DNA of 64,000 bases, taken from Desulfobacterales bacterium. GTDB taxonomy: Bacteria > Desulfobacterota > Desulfobacteria > Desulfobacterales > JAIPEE01. The notes below the pieces were generated by a model, which was given only the letters and a program-made list of their open reading frames with translations, was not told the origin of the DNA and did not search any database. Shown piece by piece: positions 40,678 through 51,859 of the stretch. The stretch is from contig JAIPEE010000002.1 in the NCBI GenBank assembly GCA_021737275.1, positions 115,525 through 179,524 on the forward strand, given 5' to 3'. Made by a program: the position numbers and the translations under genes. Numbering within the stretch: the stretch's first letter is position 1; every line of letters starts with the position of its first letter.

Positions 40678-41901
40678 TCATTCATTTTCCTTGTCGAGAC
40701 CAAATGCAGTGTGCAGTGTCTGTACGGCAAGTTCGGTATATTTTTCTTCAACCACGCAGGAGATACGGATTTCAGAAGTGCTGATCAGCATGATGTTGAT
40801 ATTTTCTGCTGCCAGTGCAGCGAACATTTTTGTTGCAACGCCGGAATGACTCTTCATACCGATACCGGTAACGGAAATCTTGGCAATATGTTCATCGCCA
40901 AGTACTTCTTCAGCGCCAATTTTTCTTGCGATTTCTTCTTCAATCTTAAGGGCCTTTTTAAAATCCAGTTTCGGAACAGTAAAGGTCAGGTCGGTCTGGC
41001 CTCCTGCCCGAATATTCTGGATAATCATATCTACCAGGATACCGGCATCTGCAATTGGAGTGAGGATTTTTGCTGCAATACCGGGCTGATCCGGAACTTT
41101 CTTTAACGTAATACGGGCTTCGTTTTTATTATATGTTACACCGGATACGACGACGCGTTCCATATCCGCAGTTTCTTCTACTACCATGGTACCCTCCTCT
41201 TCGGTGAAAGATGATCTTAAATGTATGGGGACGTTATATTTTTTCGCAAATTCAACTGACCGGATCTGAAGCACTTTAGCCCCAAGACTGGCCATTTCCA
41301 ACATTTCATCATATGAAATCTGATCCAGTTTCCGGGCTTTTTTGCAGATATTCGGGTCTGTTGTATAAATACCATTAACGTCCGTATAGATTTCACATGA
41401 GTCGGCTTTAATTGCGGCTGCGATAGCTACCGCAGAAGTGTCGGAGCCCCCACGGCCAAGTGTGGTGATATTGCCTTCTTCATCACAGCCCTGAAATCCG
41501 GCAACAACAACGATTTTGTTCTCTCCGAGAAAACTTTTGATCCTGTTAGCACCGATCTCCTTGATTCGGGCACGGCCAAAAGCATCATCTGTCAGAACTT
41601 CAGCCTGATATCCCAAAAGCGAAGCAGCCGGATATCCCATGGAAACCAGCATCATTGCCAGCAAAGAAGCTGTTGTCTGTTCACCTGTTGCAAGAAGAAC
41701 ATCCATTTCCCGTCTGTCAGGATCTTCTGTAACCTGATGTGCCAAGCCGATTAAAGAATCCGTTACGCCGGACATTGCTGAAAGAATGACAACGACGTCA
41801 TTACCCCCATTATATGTTTTGATGACCCGGTTTGCCACATTTCTGATTCGATCAACGTCAGCTACTGAAGTGCCGCCGTATTTTTGTACAATTACACTCA
41901 T
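40678..41901 (-). CDS. lysC: Aspartate kinase
   Basis: [36 protein letters not shown], two ACT domains. Confidence 0.97.
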   Translation of the reverse strand: MSVIVQKYGGTSVADVDRIRNVANRVIKTYNGGNDVVVILSAMSGVTDSLIGLAHQVTEDPDRREMDVLLATGEQTTASLLAMMLVSMGYPAASLLGYQAEVLTDDAFGRARIKEIGANRIKSFLGENKIVVVAGFQGCDEEGNITTLGRGGSDTSAVAIAAAIKADSCEIYTDVNGIYTTDPNICKKARKLDQISYDEMLEMASLGAKVLQIRSVEFAKKYNVPIHLRSSFTEEEGTMVVEETADMERVVVSGVTYNKNEARITLKKVPDQPGIAAKILTPIADAGILVDMIIQNIRAGGQTDLTFTVPKLDFKKALKIEEEIARKIGAEEVLGDEHIAKISVTGIGMKSHSGVATKMFAALAAENINIMLISTSEIRISCVVEEKYTELAVQTLHTAFGLDKENE

Positions 41902-42389
41902 ATCATCTCCTTCGAAATATTTTTGATAGCTTGTATCAGATCATAGTAAAGTTGTCCAGATGCTGAAAAGGAAATCGTTCTTGTCTCATCTCCTGAAATT
42001 TTTATTTTTACAATAAGGTGTTCCGGCAGATCGGACATATGAAGCCTCTCCGCCCACTCAATGGCAATGATACTGTTAATGTTAAAAATATCATATAGAC
42101 CGATATCCTCTATATCATCAATATGTTCAAGACGGTACAGGTCAACATGAAATAGCGGGAGTCGCCCCGGATACTCATTTATAAGGGTATAGGTCGGGCT
42201 AGTAACATAACAGTCATCCGGCACATCCAGGCCCCGGGCGAGGCCTTGGACAAAACATGTTTTGCCGCTGCCGAGATCACCGGTCATGGCAATAACAGTG
42301 CTTGCTGATAGATGCTCGCCGATTCTTTTTCCCAGAAATTGTGTCTCTTCAATAGACTTTGAAGTTATCTGAAGTTCACATTTATCCAT
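41898..42389 (-). CDS. tsaE: tRNA threonylcarbamoyladenosine biosynthesis ATPase
   Basis: [29 protein letters not shown]. Confidence 0.96.
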   Translation of the reverse strand: MDKCELQITSKSIEETQFLGKRIGEHLSASTVIAMTGDLGSGKTCFVQGLARGLDVPDDCYVTSPTYTLINEYPGRLPLFHVDLYRLEHIDDIEDIGLYDIFNINSIIAIEWAERLHMSDLPEHLIVKIKISGDETRTISFSASGQLYYDLIQAIKNISKEMI

Positions 42390-42390
42390 T

Positions 42391-43983
42391 TTAAAAGATA
42401 CGCTTAAAAGGGAATCTCCCGGTAAATTCGGGAAGTGTTAATAAAGCTCTAATCTGCGGTGGGATTTCGTCCATCACCTCTGATGCCAGATAACCGTATG
42501 ATGCATATTTTGACTCAATTAAATCTGCGGCCGCACCATGCAGAAATGTACCGGCTCGAGCTGCTTTTTCAACGCTCATTCCTTGGGTGATCAGTCCTGC
42601 AACAATGCCTGTAAGAACATCACCCATACCACCTGCGGCCATACCGGGATTTCCTGTGGGGTTAATGTAGGTGTGACCATCAGGATGGGCAATAACGGAC
42701 CGCGCTCCCTTGAGGATCAAATGGATATTGTGTTCAACCGCAAAATCCCGGGCGGTTTTAATCCTGTCAAATTGAATTTCGGTTGTCGATTTGCCTGTCA
42801 GACGAGACATCTCTCCCGGATGGGGTGTCAAAACTACAGGGATATTCAGTGTCTTAAGCAGATGAATTTTATCTGCCAGGATGTTCAGACCATCTGCGTC
42901 TATTACAACCGGAATATTTGAAGCCATAACAACTTTACAGAAAAGGCGTTTAGTTGACTCATCCGTTCCAATGCCCGGCCCGATGGCCAAACACTTTTTC
43001 CCATCCATAAGGCTATTGATTTTATCAAAGGCGGACTCATCGAATGTGCCGTCATCAGTTTCCGGCAGCGGACATGTCATTGCTTCAACAATTTGAGTTT
43101 CAAGAACAGGGTTAAGGCCTTCTGGAACACCGAGTGTTACCAGGCCGGCTCCGCTTCTCATGGCAGACATGGCGGTCATGGCTGCCGAACCCGTTTTTCC
43201 GGGAGATCCGGCAATGAGCAGAAGATGTCCGGTTTTGCCTTTATGATCATCCTTTTGCCTCGGTGTAAAGTAGCCGGCTGTCATTTCCGGCGTCATAAGA
43301 TGAGTTCGAGGGCCGACGGCTTCTGTAATATACGGTGGTATACCAATATCCACAATTTTGAGATCACCGGTAAAACCGGCGCCCGGAAAAATAATATGTC
43401 CCGGTTTTGCAAAACCAAATGTAACCGTTATGTCCGCATGGATGCATATGCCGCAGGGTCGGCCGGTATCGGAATTAAGCCCCGACGGGATATCTACCGA
43501 CAGAACCGGGATATTCAGACTGTTGATGAAAGAGATGATGTCATAAAAGAAATCCTTAACATCAGTATTCAGGCCTGTACCCAGGAGTGCATCCACCCAG
43601 AGGTGCTGATGATACATGGATGACCGGGATGAGGCAAATGCATTGTGATCGGAAATTTCAATGACCGGAATACTTAATGGTTTCAGAAGATTGAAATTAT
43701 CAAGCGCATCACCCTTCAGACGGTCACTTTTAGAAAAAAGATATACGGTGACGGCAATACCTTTAAGTGCAAGATACCGGGCAATAACAAAACCGTCACC
43801 GCCATTATTACCCCGGCCTGCTGCAACGGCTACCCGTTTGTTTTCAATGCTATCGATTTTTTCAAGAAGTATACGGGCTGAACTTCTGCCGGCATTTTCC
43901 ATCAGAATACGGCCGGGAATGCCAAACTCCGTAATTGTCTTTTCATCCATTTCACGCATTTCATGTGCAGTCGTGAGGTACAT
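42391..43983 (-). CDS. nnr: Bifunctional NAD(P)HX epimerase/dehydratase
   Basis: LMENAG, GRGNNGGDG, DALLGTG, DIPSG, HKGKTG, IGPGIG, DADGLN, TPHPGEM, GGMGDVLTG. Confidence 0.95.
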   Translation of the reverse strand: MYLTTAHEMREMDEKTITEFGIPGRILMENAGRSSARILLEKIDSIENKRVAVAAGRGNNGGDGFVIARYLALKGIAVTVYLFSKSDRLKGDALDNFNLLKPLSIPVIEISDHNAFASSRSSMYHQHLWVDALLGTGLNTDVKDFFYDIISFINSLNIPVLSVDIPSGLNSDTGRPCGICIHADITVTFGFAKPGHIIFPGAGFTGDLKIVDIGIPPYITEAVGPRTHLMTPEMTAGYFTPRQKDDHKGKTGHLLLIAGSPGKTGSAAMTAMSAMRSGAGLVTLGVPEGLNPVLETQIVEAMTCPLPETDDGTFDESAFDKINSLMDGKKCLAIGPGIGTDESTKRLFCKVVMASNIPVVIDADGLNILADKIHLLKTLNIPVVLTPHPGEMSRLTGKSTTEIQFDRIKTARDFAVEHNIHLILKGARSVIAHPDGHTYINPTGNPGMAAGGMGDVLTGIVAGLITQGMSVEKAARAGTFLHGAAADLIESKYASYGYLASEVMDEIPPQIRALLTLPEFTGRFPFKRIF

Positions 43984-44078
43984 GGTTCGCTCCGGGAGTA
44001 AATTTATAAACGGGATCCATTGTAGAGCCCGCTTTGTGGGAACAAGAAACAGGTAGCTTTGCTTGGAAATACTTTTGC

Positions 44079-44798
44079 TTAAAGCTCTTTTACTAACCGC
44101 CTCATTTCCTGAACAGCTTTTTCTATACCGACCATAGCGGCTCTTGCAATAATACTGTGGCCGATACTGTACTCGTCAATTTCGACAAGTCCCTTAAAGG
44201 CCTTAATTGTTTTATAGCAAAGGCCATGTCCGGCGTTAACGCCGAGTTTAAGTTTATGACCCAGCTTTGCGGCATCAACGATATTGGAAAACGCCTTTGT
44301 CCTCTTTTTTTCTGACGATGCATCACAGTAAGCACCGGTATGAATTTCAATCATGTCTGCATTGATCTGATGAGCGACCTTGATTTGATCCGGGTCCGGG
44401 TCAATAAAAATACTAACGGGGATACCGTTTCCCTGAAGGGTGCTGATGGTTTCAGCAATTGAATCTTTGTGAACAATGAGATCAAGGCCGCCCTCTGTGG
44501 TCAGCTCTTCACGTTTTTCAGGAACCAGTGTCACCAGTTCCGGTTTGATGTCTAAAGCAATGCCGATCATCTCTGTTGTGGCCGCCATTTCAAAAATCAG
44601 TTTTGTCTGGATAACCTGTCTGAGCAGTTTAATATCTCTGTCCTGCATGTGACGCCTGTCTTCCCTGAGGTGGGCAACAATGCCGTCTGCACCGGCAAAC
44701 TCCGCCATCACCGCGGCTGCGACAGGATCAGGATAGGTTACGCCTCTGGCCTCTCTTAATGTTGCAATATGGTCTACGTTTACGGCTAATTTTGCCAT
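44079..44798 (-). CDS. pdxJ: Pyridoxine 5'-phosphate synthase
   Basis: VNVDHIATLREAR, HLREDRRH, VPEKREELTTEGG, EIHTG, AGHGL, SIGHSII. Confidence 0.97.
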   Translation of the reverse strand: MAKLAVNVDHIATLREARGVTYPDPVAAAVMAEFAGADGIVAHLREDRRHMQDRDIKLLRQVIQTKLIFEMAATTEMIGIALDIKPELVTLVPEKREELTTEGGLDLIVHKDSIAETISTLQGNGIPVSIFIDPDPDQIKVAHQINADMIEIHTGAYCDASSEKKRTKAFSNIVDAAKLGHKLKLGVNAGHGLCYKTIKAFKGLVEIDEYSIGHSIIARAAMVGIEKAVQEMRRLVKEL

Positions 44799-45242
44799 TT
44801 ATATTCCTCCCGTAATCAGTTTCATCAATTCTTCAGTTTTCGCTTCCATAACAAGTGTTTCTTTTTCGGACTGTTCATGATCATAGCCCACGAGATGAAG
44901 AATGCCGTGAACCAGCAGTTCGTTCAATCTATCTTTAAATTCGATACTCATCTCTTTTGCTTCCCGTTCAGCTGTATCAACGGAGATAACCACATCTCCC
45001 AGAAGGTCGGGCGAGATATCTGAGAACTCACCTTCCTGCATCGGAAAGGAGATAACATTGGTCGAACCCTCCTTGCCGCGATATCGGCTGTTAAAAGAAG
45101 CCATTTCCGAATCGTCTGTAATCAGCAGGGAAAGTTCGGCATCAGGATAATCCAAGCCGTTTAAGATGAGCTGAACGGTCTTCCGTATCTCCATTTTGGA
45201 TATCGGGTGCCGGTTTTGGTTGTTTTTTATCAGAACTTCCAT
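44799..45242 (-). CDS. ybeY: rRNA maturation endoribonuclease YbeY
   Basis: N..YRGKEGSTNVISF, LGDVVIS, HGILHLVGYDH. Start placed at the ATG at 45242 (MEVLIKN) after AAGGA. Confidence 0.93.
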   Translation of the reverse strand: MEVLIKNNQNRHPISKMEIRKTVQLILNGLDYPDAELSLLITDDSEMASFNSRYRGKEGSTNVISFPMQEGEFSDISPDLLGDVVISVDTAEREAKEMSIEFKDRLNELLVHGILHLVGYDHEQSEKETLVMEAKTEELMKLITGGI

Positions 45243-47505
45243 GTTTATCCTTTGAAGAAGTATCGGCCACCACCTTTTCGGGGTACTCAATTCGATGATG
45301 GTGAATGCCATTTAATATTGTATTAAAACTTTTTGCAATATTATGAAGATCCTTGAGCGTCAGCTCGCAGTTGTCGAGCTGGCCATCGGAAAAGACCTTG
45401 CTGATCAGATTATGAACAAGCCACTGTATTCTTGCCGGAGTAGGATTTTCAAGTGTTCGGGATGCGGCTTCCACCACATCGGCCAGCATGACAAGTCCGA
45501 CTTCCCGTGTCTGCGGTTTTGGTCCGGGGTACTTGAAATCTTCTATCCGGACAGCATCTTTGCCTCTTAACTGAACGGCTTTTTCATAAAAATACTTTAT
45601 CAGGCTAGTGCCGTGATGCTGACGGATCGTATCCATAATAGTCTGGCCCAGTTTGATCTCTTTGGCAAGTTCATAGCCATCCTTAATATGTGAAATGAGG
45701 ATAAGGCTGGACATGGACGGTGCCAGTTTGTCGTGCCGGTTTTTGCCGTCAGACTGGTTTTCAATAAAATAGAGCGGTTTGTTAACTTTACCGATATCAT
45801 GATAGTAGCCGCAAACCTTTGCAAGAAGAGGGTTTGCACCTATTTCTGCAGCAGCGGCTTCAACCAGGCTGCCCACAATGACAGAGTGGTGGTAGGTGCC
45901 GGGTGCCTCGAGCATCAGTTTGCGTAAAATAGGCCGGTCAAGGTTGGCCAGCTCAAGAAGTTTAATATCCGTGGTATAATCGAAAGCAAGTTCAACAAGA
46001 GGGGCAAAACCGGCCGTGATAACACCGGCAATTATGCCGCCGCTTATAAAGGCAAAGCCCCAGTCCCAAAGCATTGTGTATGCTGTAAAGTTTCCGGAGT
46101 AAAAATTTAATGCCGTAACAATGAGTACATTAAGCAGGCCCAGCTTCAGGCCGGCTTTAATAAAGACCTTTCTCTCCCGGCAATTTTGAAGCCAGTAAGC
46201 AGCCATAGTACTGTTCAGGAAAAAGTACAGAAAAAGGCCAAGGTTATTTCCAAAAAGAATGGCCGTACATGTTGACAGTATTAACGCAAACAGAACCGCA
46301 ACACGAAGCTGCATAAAAAGGCATATGGTCATTGCGCCGGAGGATAGGGGGATGCCGTAAGAAAGAGATGAGGCCGGTATACTAAAGGCCATGCCCTCTG
46401 TAATCGCTTCCGGTATTGAGGTTGAAATTCTTGCAATGAAAAAGAAAACAACAAGCATGCTGGAGATGAAAATCAGATCCTTGTTATGATTTTGAGAAGC
46501 GTGTTTTTGTGTGTTGATGAGGACAATATATGTTACCATAAAGAGGCAAAACAGGAGCAGCGCAATACCGGCACTACTTGTTATAATCTGTTTTTCTCCG
46601 GCTTTGGCATTAAGTACCGAAAGCTTAGCAAGATGGGTTCTTGTAACACGTTCGCCTTCACGAAGAATCATCTCTCCGGCTTTGATCTGGTACATGAACG
46701 GTTTTATCCCATCTGACGCCATTGTTTTTCGGATTTTGGTTTCAGTATGGTTCAGCGAAATATTAGGTATGATAAGCGACTGGGAAAAATCAACCACCAG
46801 GTTTAACAGGTCGTAATCAGCATTTTTTAATAATGGCTGGCCTATCACCCGGACCATGGTTTTTGCCTGATCAAGGCCGTAATACTGTTTGAGATTGGCT
46901 TCAACCTTTTCCGAATCCGTTCCGATTGTCCTGAGTGTAATGCCTTTGTCTGCCTCAAGCAACAGCGCTTCTTTATCTGTAACGACACCGGTTATAAGGA
47001 TTTCTGTTGTAATTTTTGAAATAAGGCCGGCTATTTTTTCAGAAAATCTCTCTTTTTCAAGAATGGCATAGGCATCGTCACTTACAGATATACCCAGTTG
47101 CGTTTCAAATTCATTTTTAGCCTTCCATATCCGGTCATGGATGGTGTTTGAATCCGTTATTTCATTTATGTTGTAAATTGATCTGACCGAAGAAAAAGCG
47201 TCCTTTACCCTGGTATTTAAAACAGAAATAGAAGTTGCATCATAGTCGTAAACGGTTAGAACTGAATCCACAGCTTGTTTACGGTTTGATTCGGTTGCCT
47301 CGGCATCCTCCACAAAGAAATCCCGTGAAGATTTAATGTTTCTTTCAGCAACATCCCCGATACTGTAAGTGTGCTTTTTGATAAGCAGACTGGGGTAGAG
47401 AATAACGGCAAAAACCAGTGTCAGTGCGATCAGAATCAGCCAGCGCATATACAAGTTTTCGTTGAAATGTTTTGAGATTGACGTTTTATTTGTTTCGATG
47501 CTCAT
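45142..47505 (-). CDS. 7TM-HD (PgpH-like) phosphohydrolase
   Basis: Extracytoplasmic 7TMR-HDED-like region, several TM helices, APGTYHHS, YYHDIGK, F.ENQ, QHHGT, YPGPKPQ, MLADVVEAASR. Confidence 0.9.
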   Translation of the reverse strand: MSIETNKTSISKHFNENLYMRWLILIALTLVFAVILYPSLLIKKHTYSIGDVAERNIKSSRDFFVEDAEATESNRKQAVDSVLTVYDYDATSISVLNTRVKDAFSSVRSIYNINEITDSNTIHDRIWKAKNEFETQLGISVSDDAYAILEKERFSEKIAGLISKITTEILITGVVTDKEALLLEADKGITLRTIGTDSEKVEANLKQYYGLDQAKTMVRVIGQPLLKNADYDLLNLVVDFSQSLIIPNISLNHTETKIRKTMASDGIKPFMYQIKAGEMILREGERVTRTHLAKLSVLNAKAGEKQIITSSAGIALLLFCLFMVTYIVLINTQKHASQNHNKDLIFISSMLVVFFFIARISTSIPEAITEGMAFSIPASSLSYGIPLSSGAMTICLFMQLRVAVLFALILSTCTAILFGNNLGLFLYFFLNSTMAAYWLQNCRERKVFIKAGLKLGLLNVLIVTALNFYSGNFTAYTMLWDWGFAFISGGIIAGVITAGFAPLVELAFDYTTDIKLLELANLDRPILRKLMLEAPGTYHHSVIVGSLVEAAAAEIGANPLLAKVCGYYHDIGKVNKPLYFIENQSDGKNRHDKLAPSMSSLILISHIKDGYELAKEIKLGQTIMDTIRQHHGTSLIKYFYEKAVQLRGKDAVRIEDFKYPGPKPQTREVGLVMLADVVEAASRTLENPTPARIQWLVHNLISKVFSDGQLDNCELTLKDLHNIAKSFNTILNGIHHHRIEYPEKVVADTSSKDKHGSSDKKQPKPAPDIQNGDTEDRSAHLKRLGLS

Positions 47506-47535
47506 GATAAATCCGTATTGTTTGATTAAAACAGA

Positions 47536-48531
47536 TTATTGGGACTTTTGTCCATTTTTTCTCTCTTCAAGTTCTTCGTAGGCCCTGATAATTTCCCGTA
47601 CCAGCTTATGCCGGACAACATCTTTTTTTGAAAAGAAAATAAATTTTATCCCTTTAACATTCTGGAGAATCTCCTTGGTCTGAATCAGCCCTGACAGTTT
47701 TCCGGAAGGAAGGTCAATCTGAGTAATGTCACCGGTAATAACAGCCTTTGAACCATAACCCAGCCTTGTCAGAAACATTTTCATCTGTTCAGAAGTAGTA
47801 TTCTGAGCCTCATCAAGAATTACAAAGGAATCATTCAGCGTTCTGCCGCGCATAAATGCAAGTGGTGCAACCTCAATGATACCCTTATTCATCAGCGTTG
47901 CAACTTTTTCAAATCGCATCATGTCATGCAGCGCATCATAAAGCGGTCTGAGATAGGGGTCCACTTTTTCAGTGAGATCTCCCGGAAGAAATCCAAGAGC
48001 TTCACCGGCCTCTACTGCCGGTCTTGTTAAAACAATTCTGTCAACCTCACCCTTTGAAAAAGCCGAAACAGCCATGGCCATTGCAAGATAGGTCTTTCCG
48101 GTCCCGGCCGGTCCAATACCGAATGAAATATCATGTTTTCTGATCGCATCTATATATGCTTTTTGTCCCAGGCTTTTGGGTGTAATGGAACGTTTTTTTG
48201 AAGTGATATAAACCGTATCAAGAAAGATATCTTTCAGTTTAATTCGATCATCACCGCTTAAAAGCCGGATGGCATAATCGACATCATTGGGGTAAATCGG
48301 AAACTTGTCTTTTATCAGGCCATAAAGCTGGCTGAGAATATTTTCAGCAAGCTTGATCTCGATGGGATCTCCCTGGATATTAACAGTTGTTCCCCTAGAG
48401 TTAATTGCAACGTCCAGCGCTTCAGCAACCAGTTTCAGATTGCCGTTGTGTTCACCAAATAACTGCCGTGCCAGGCTGATATCAGAAAAATCCACCTGTA
48501 TCTGATTGTTCTCTTCTATTTGAGATGTCAT
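47536..48531 (-). CDS. phoH: PhoH-family ATPase
   Basis: FGIGPAGTGKT, LTRPAVEAGE, GFLPGD, PLAFMRGRT, DEAQN, GDITQIDL, VVRH. Confidence 0.96.
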   Translation of the reverse strand: MTSQIEENNQIQVDFSDISLARQLFGEHNGNLKLVAEALDVAINSRGTTVNIQGDPIEIKLAENILSQLYGLIKDKFPIYPNDVDYAIRLLSGDDRIKLKDIFLDTVYITSKKRSITPKSLGQKAYIDAIRKHDISFGIGPAGTGKTYLAMAMAVSAFSKGEVDRIVLTRPAVEAGEALGFLPGDLTEKVDPYLRPLYDALHDMMRFEKVATLMNKGIIEVAPLAFMRGRTLNDSFVILDEAQNTTSEQMKMFLTRLGYGSKAVITGDITQIDLPSGKLSGLIQTKEILQNVKGIKFIFFSKKDVVRHKLVREIIRAYEELEERKNGQKSQ

Positions 48532-48876
48532 GTATACTGCCTGTCTCTATTATTTATTTTCTTAATCGTAATCTTAATCACAAGTTATAGTCCTTTATAT
48601 TTAACCTGAATCCTATTCTCCCGGTTCCGGTTTTTTGTGTGTTTGAATAAATTTAATTTTATATCAAAGCAGCGGATCTATTGCAAACTTCAATTGAAAA
48701 ATAATATATTGTTATGGGTTTCGTTTCACCGGTCGGGACAAAACAGCTTGACGATATCCGGTGTGTTTGTTAACTGACTGATACATCGTGTAAAATTGGA
48801 TATTTAACGGTTGATTTGACGGAAAATAGCCAGTTAAACTAATGTTTTGACCGAAGATTGAATCTCAGGGAGAGAT

Positions 48877-49404
48877 ATGAACATTTTCGACATTGTTATC
48901 ATCGTTATACTTGGATTTTGTCTGATAAGGGGAATCTTTAGGGGATTGGTCAAGGAGGTCTCTTCAATAGTCGGTGTTCTTGGGGGCGCATATGCTGCCT
49001 ATTCATACTATCCGGATATGGCAAAATTGCTCTCAAGGTGGATTTTCGATCCGGTAATTCAGAATATAATCGGCTTTCTGATTATTTTCAGCCTGATTTT
49101 TTTTCTGATCAGTCTGCTGGGCATTGTAATTAAGTACCTTATGAAAATTGTTTTCCTGGGAGGGGTTGACCGGGTTTGCGGCGGGGGATTCGGTTTGATC
49201 AAAGGTGTTTTAATCTCAGCTGTTTTGTTGTTTATGTTGACATCCTTTTTACCGAAAAATTCAGATCTGGTAAAAGATTCGATGGTTGCACCCGGCCTGA
49301 ATCTGGTTTCCGAAAAAATGGTGCTTCTTGTTTCCAGCGATATGAAGGATAAGTTTTTAAAGAAAATTGAGGAATATAAAAAAGTTTGGAAGAATCTGAA
49401 GTAA
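48877..49404 (+). CDS. cvpA: CvpA (colicin V production) family membrane protein
   Basis: MNIFDI...RGIFRGLVKE...DRVCGGGFGLIKG. Confidence 0.9.
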   Translation: MNIFDIVIIVILGFCLIRGIFRGLVKEVSSIVGVLGGAYAAYSYYPDMAKLLSRWIFDPVIQNIIGFLIIFSLIFFLISLLGIVIKYLMKIVFLGGVDRVCGGGFGLIKGVLISAVLLFMLTSFLPKNSDLVKDSMVAPGLNLVSEKMVLLVSSDMKDKFLKKIEEYKKVWKNLK

Positions 49405-50192
49405 CACAAAACAAAAAGGGGGTTGACGCCCTTCTTGATATTATAAGCGTGCTCAGAGGAGAAAACGGGTGTCCCTGGGATAAAAAACAGACGCCGCAAT
49501 CCATGGGCGTCTATCTTGTTGAAGAGGTATATGAGCTTTTGGAAGCCATTGAATCGGGCTCTTCCGAAGCTGTCTGTGAAGAGCTGGGTGATGTACTTTT
49601 TCAGGTGATGTTTATTGCGATCCTGTTTTCAGAAAGGGGTGATTTCAGCCTTTCAGATGTGGTTAAATCCAATGTCGATAAAATGGTCCGACGTCATCCG
49701 CATGTTTTTGGTGAAAGCAAGGTAGATAATGACGATGATGTAAGAAGACAGTGGCGTAAGATCAAAAAGACCGAGAGCAACAATATTGAAAAGGAGTCGG
49801 TTCTTGATTCTGTTCCCCGGAAACTCCCGGCTCTGATGCGGGCTTACAGGGTTGCCGAACGTGCCGCCGGAACCGGTTTTGACTGGGATGATGAATACGG
49901 GGTTATGGATAAAGTCGAAGAGGAGTGGGCTGAGTTCAAAGCGGAAGTGCCGGAAGGCAATAAAGAGAAAATTGCGCTTGAATTTGGTGATGTCCTGTTT
50001 ACCATGTTGAACGTTGTCCGGTTTTTACGTATACATCCGGAAACAGCTCTGTCGTCTGCCACTAAAAAGTTTGAAAAACGTTTCAGAAAGATGGAAAATG
50101 ATTTTGCCGAAAAGGGGCGGGAAATATCTTCCGTTTCAAAAAAAGAGATGAATGCATCCTGGGGCAGTATAAAAAAAGAGTCGGGATTTTAA
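49386..50192 (+). CDS. mazG: Nucleoside triphosphate pyrophosphohydrolase MazG
   Basis: LRGENGCPWD, EEVYE, EELGDVL, RRHPHVF, GFDW, EFGDVLF. Confidence 0.95.
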   Translation: MEESEVTQNKKGVDALLDIISVLRGENGCPWDKKQTPQSMGVYLVEEVYELLEAIESGSSEAVCEELGDVLFQVMFIAILFSERGDFSLSDVVKSNVDKMVRRHPHVFGESKVDNDDDVRRQWRKIKKTESNNIEKESVLDSVPRKLPALMRAYRVAERAAGTGFDWDDEYGVMDKVEEEWAEFKAEVPEGNKEKIALEFGDVLFTMLNVVRFLRIHPETALSSATKKFEKRFRKMENDFAEKGREISSVSKKEMNASWGSIKKESGF

Positions 50193-50215
50193 TCCCGTAG
50201 CTATAGGAAACATTT

Positions 50216-50842
50216 ATGATTGCAATTATTGATTACGATGCCGGTAACCTGACCAGCGTGGAACGTGCGGTAAAACACCTGGATTATCCATGTGTGGTTA
50301 CCAATGATATGAAAGAGATCGAAAGTGCCGAACGGGTTATTTTTCCCGGGGTCGGTGCAGCCGGTTCTGCAATGGAGAGTCTTTCACGGCTTAATTTGGG
50401 TAATGCACTTAAAAGTGCTGTTGATTCAGGCAAGCCTGTTCTCGGTATTTGTCTGGGTACCCAGATTATTATGGGTCACAGTGATGAAAACGATACACCT
50501 TGTCTCGGTTTTGTAGATGGCAATGTTCGTATGTTTCCGGATGGTCTTACTGAGGAAGGGCGTAAATTAAAGATTCCTCATATGGGCTGGAACCGTATTC
50601 AGATAAAAATTGATCACCCGATTCTGTCCGGTGTACAGACATATGACGAATTTTATTTTGTTCATGGGTATTATCCGGAGCCATCAAATTCGACACATGT
50701 CATTGCGACGACAGAGTACGGTCTCACTTTTTCTTCGGTTATTGGACATGACAATATTATTGCAACCCAGTTTCATCCTGAAAAAAGCGGTGAGCCGGGC
50801 CTGAGAATACTTAAAAATTTTTGTGAGTGGAAATTATGTTAA
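50216..50842 (+). CDS. hisH: Imidazole glycerol phosphate synthase glutaminase subunit
   Basis: [35 protein letters not shown]. Confidence 0.96.
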   Translation: MIAIIDYDAGNLTSVERAVKHLDYPCVVTNDMKEIESAERVIFPGVGAAGSAMESLSRLNLGNALKSAVDSGKPVLGICLGTQIIMGHSDENDTPCLGFVDGNVRMFPDGLTEEGRKLKIPHMGWNRIQIKIDHPILSGVQTYDEFYFVHGYYPEPSNSTHVIATTEYGLTFSSVIGHDNIIATQFHPEKSGEPGLRILKNFCEWKLC

Positions 50843-51615
50843 GCAAACGAATAATACCGTGTCTGGATGTCCGGGAAGGGCGAACAACAAAAGGTATAAA
50901 ATTTAAAAACAATGTGGATATCGGTGATCCGGTTGAGATGGCACAATTTTACTATGAGTCCGGTGCCGATGAGATTGTTTTTTATGATATTACGGCATCC
51001 CATGAAAAAAGGGATATCATGATTGATGTGGTTCGACGTGTGGCCGAAACTATCTTCATTCCCTTTTCAGTTGGCGGCGGCATCAGGACCGTCGGGGATA
51101 TGCAGGCCGTAATTTTGGCCGGAGCCGAAAAGGTGAGTGTGAACTCGGCTGCCGTAAAAAATCCGGATATAATCGCTGAAGGTGCCAGACTTTTTGGCAG
51201 CCAGTGCATTGTTCTTGGTATGGATGTCAAAAAGGTTGAAAAAAGTGAAACCATTCCATCCGGCTATGAGATTGTTATTAACGGGGGCCGAAAATATATG
51301 GGTATCGATGCGCTGGAATGGGCACTGAGGGCCCAGGAACTCGGGGCGGGGGAGATCTGTCTGAATTCCATAGATGCGGACGGTACTCGGGAAGGTTATG
51401 AAATTAACCTCACAAAACTGATATCAACCAGTGTAGATATTCCTGTCATCGCATCTGGCGGCGCCGGAGAACCAATTCATCTTGCCGATGTTTTAAAAAA
51501 GGGGTGTGCAGATGCGGCCTTAATTGCATCGATGACGCATTATGGGACATATACGGTATCCGAAATTAAGGATTTTCTGCAAAAAGAGGATGTCAAAGTT
51601 CGTAACTCCTGGTAA
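50836..51615 (+). CDS. hisF: Imidazole glycerol phosphate synthase cyclase subunit
   Basis: [40 protein letters not shown]. Confidence 0.96.
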   Translation: MLSKRIIPCLDVREGRTTKGIKFKNNVDIGDPVEMAQFYYESGADEIVFYDITASHEKRDIMIDVVRRVAETIFIPFSVGGGIRTVGDMQAVILAGAEKVSVNSAAVKNPDIIAEGARLFGSQCIVLGMDVKKVEKSETIPSGYEIVINGGRKYMGIDALEWALRAQELGAGEICLNSIDADGTREGYEINLTKLISTSVDIPVIASGGAGEPIHLADVLKKGCADAALIASMTHYGTYTVSEIKDFLQKEDVKVRNSW

Positions 51616-51859
51616 AAAGTGCGTCTGATAATTGTCTTTTGGGTCTATTCCTGCGGATAAAATTTTGAATATACCGCAAACTCGAACCAAAATCCTAATT
51701 ATTCGACATACTTTTTTCATCTGAGTACCTCTGCCAACGGTTGTGTCATAGTGATCAATTCTGTCAGGCTCCTGTGAGCCCCTATCCATAATGAGTTTAT
51801 TTTTACGATAAAACAAATAGATTGTTCTATATAGTAAAAGTAAATATGTTGAAAATATT

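Noticed and set aside
43984-44078. Possible acpS remnant between pdxJ and nnr
   Set aside because: No AcpS-like residues recognisable in the 95-nt gap
51520-51816. Minus-strand 98-aa ORF
   Set aside because: Overlaps the end of hisF in antisense and has no recognisable domain; at most a boundary remnant
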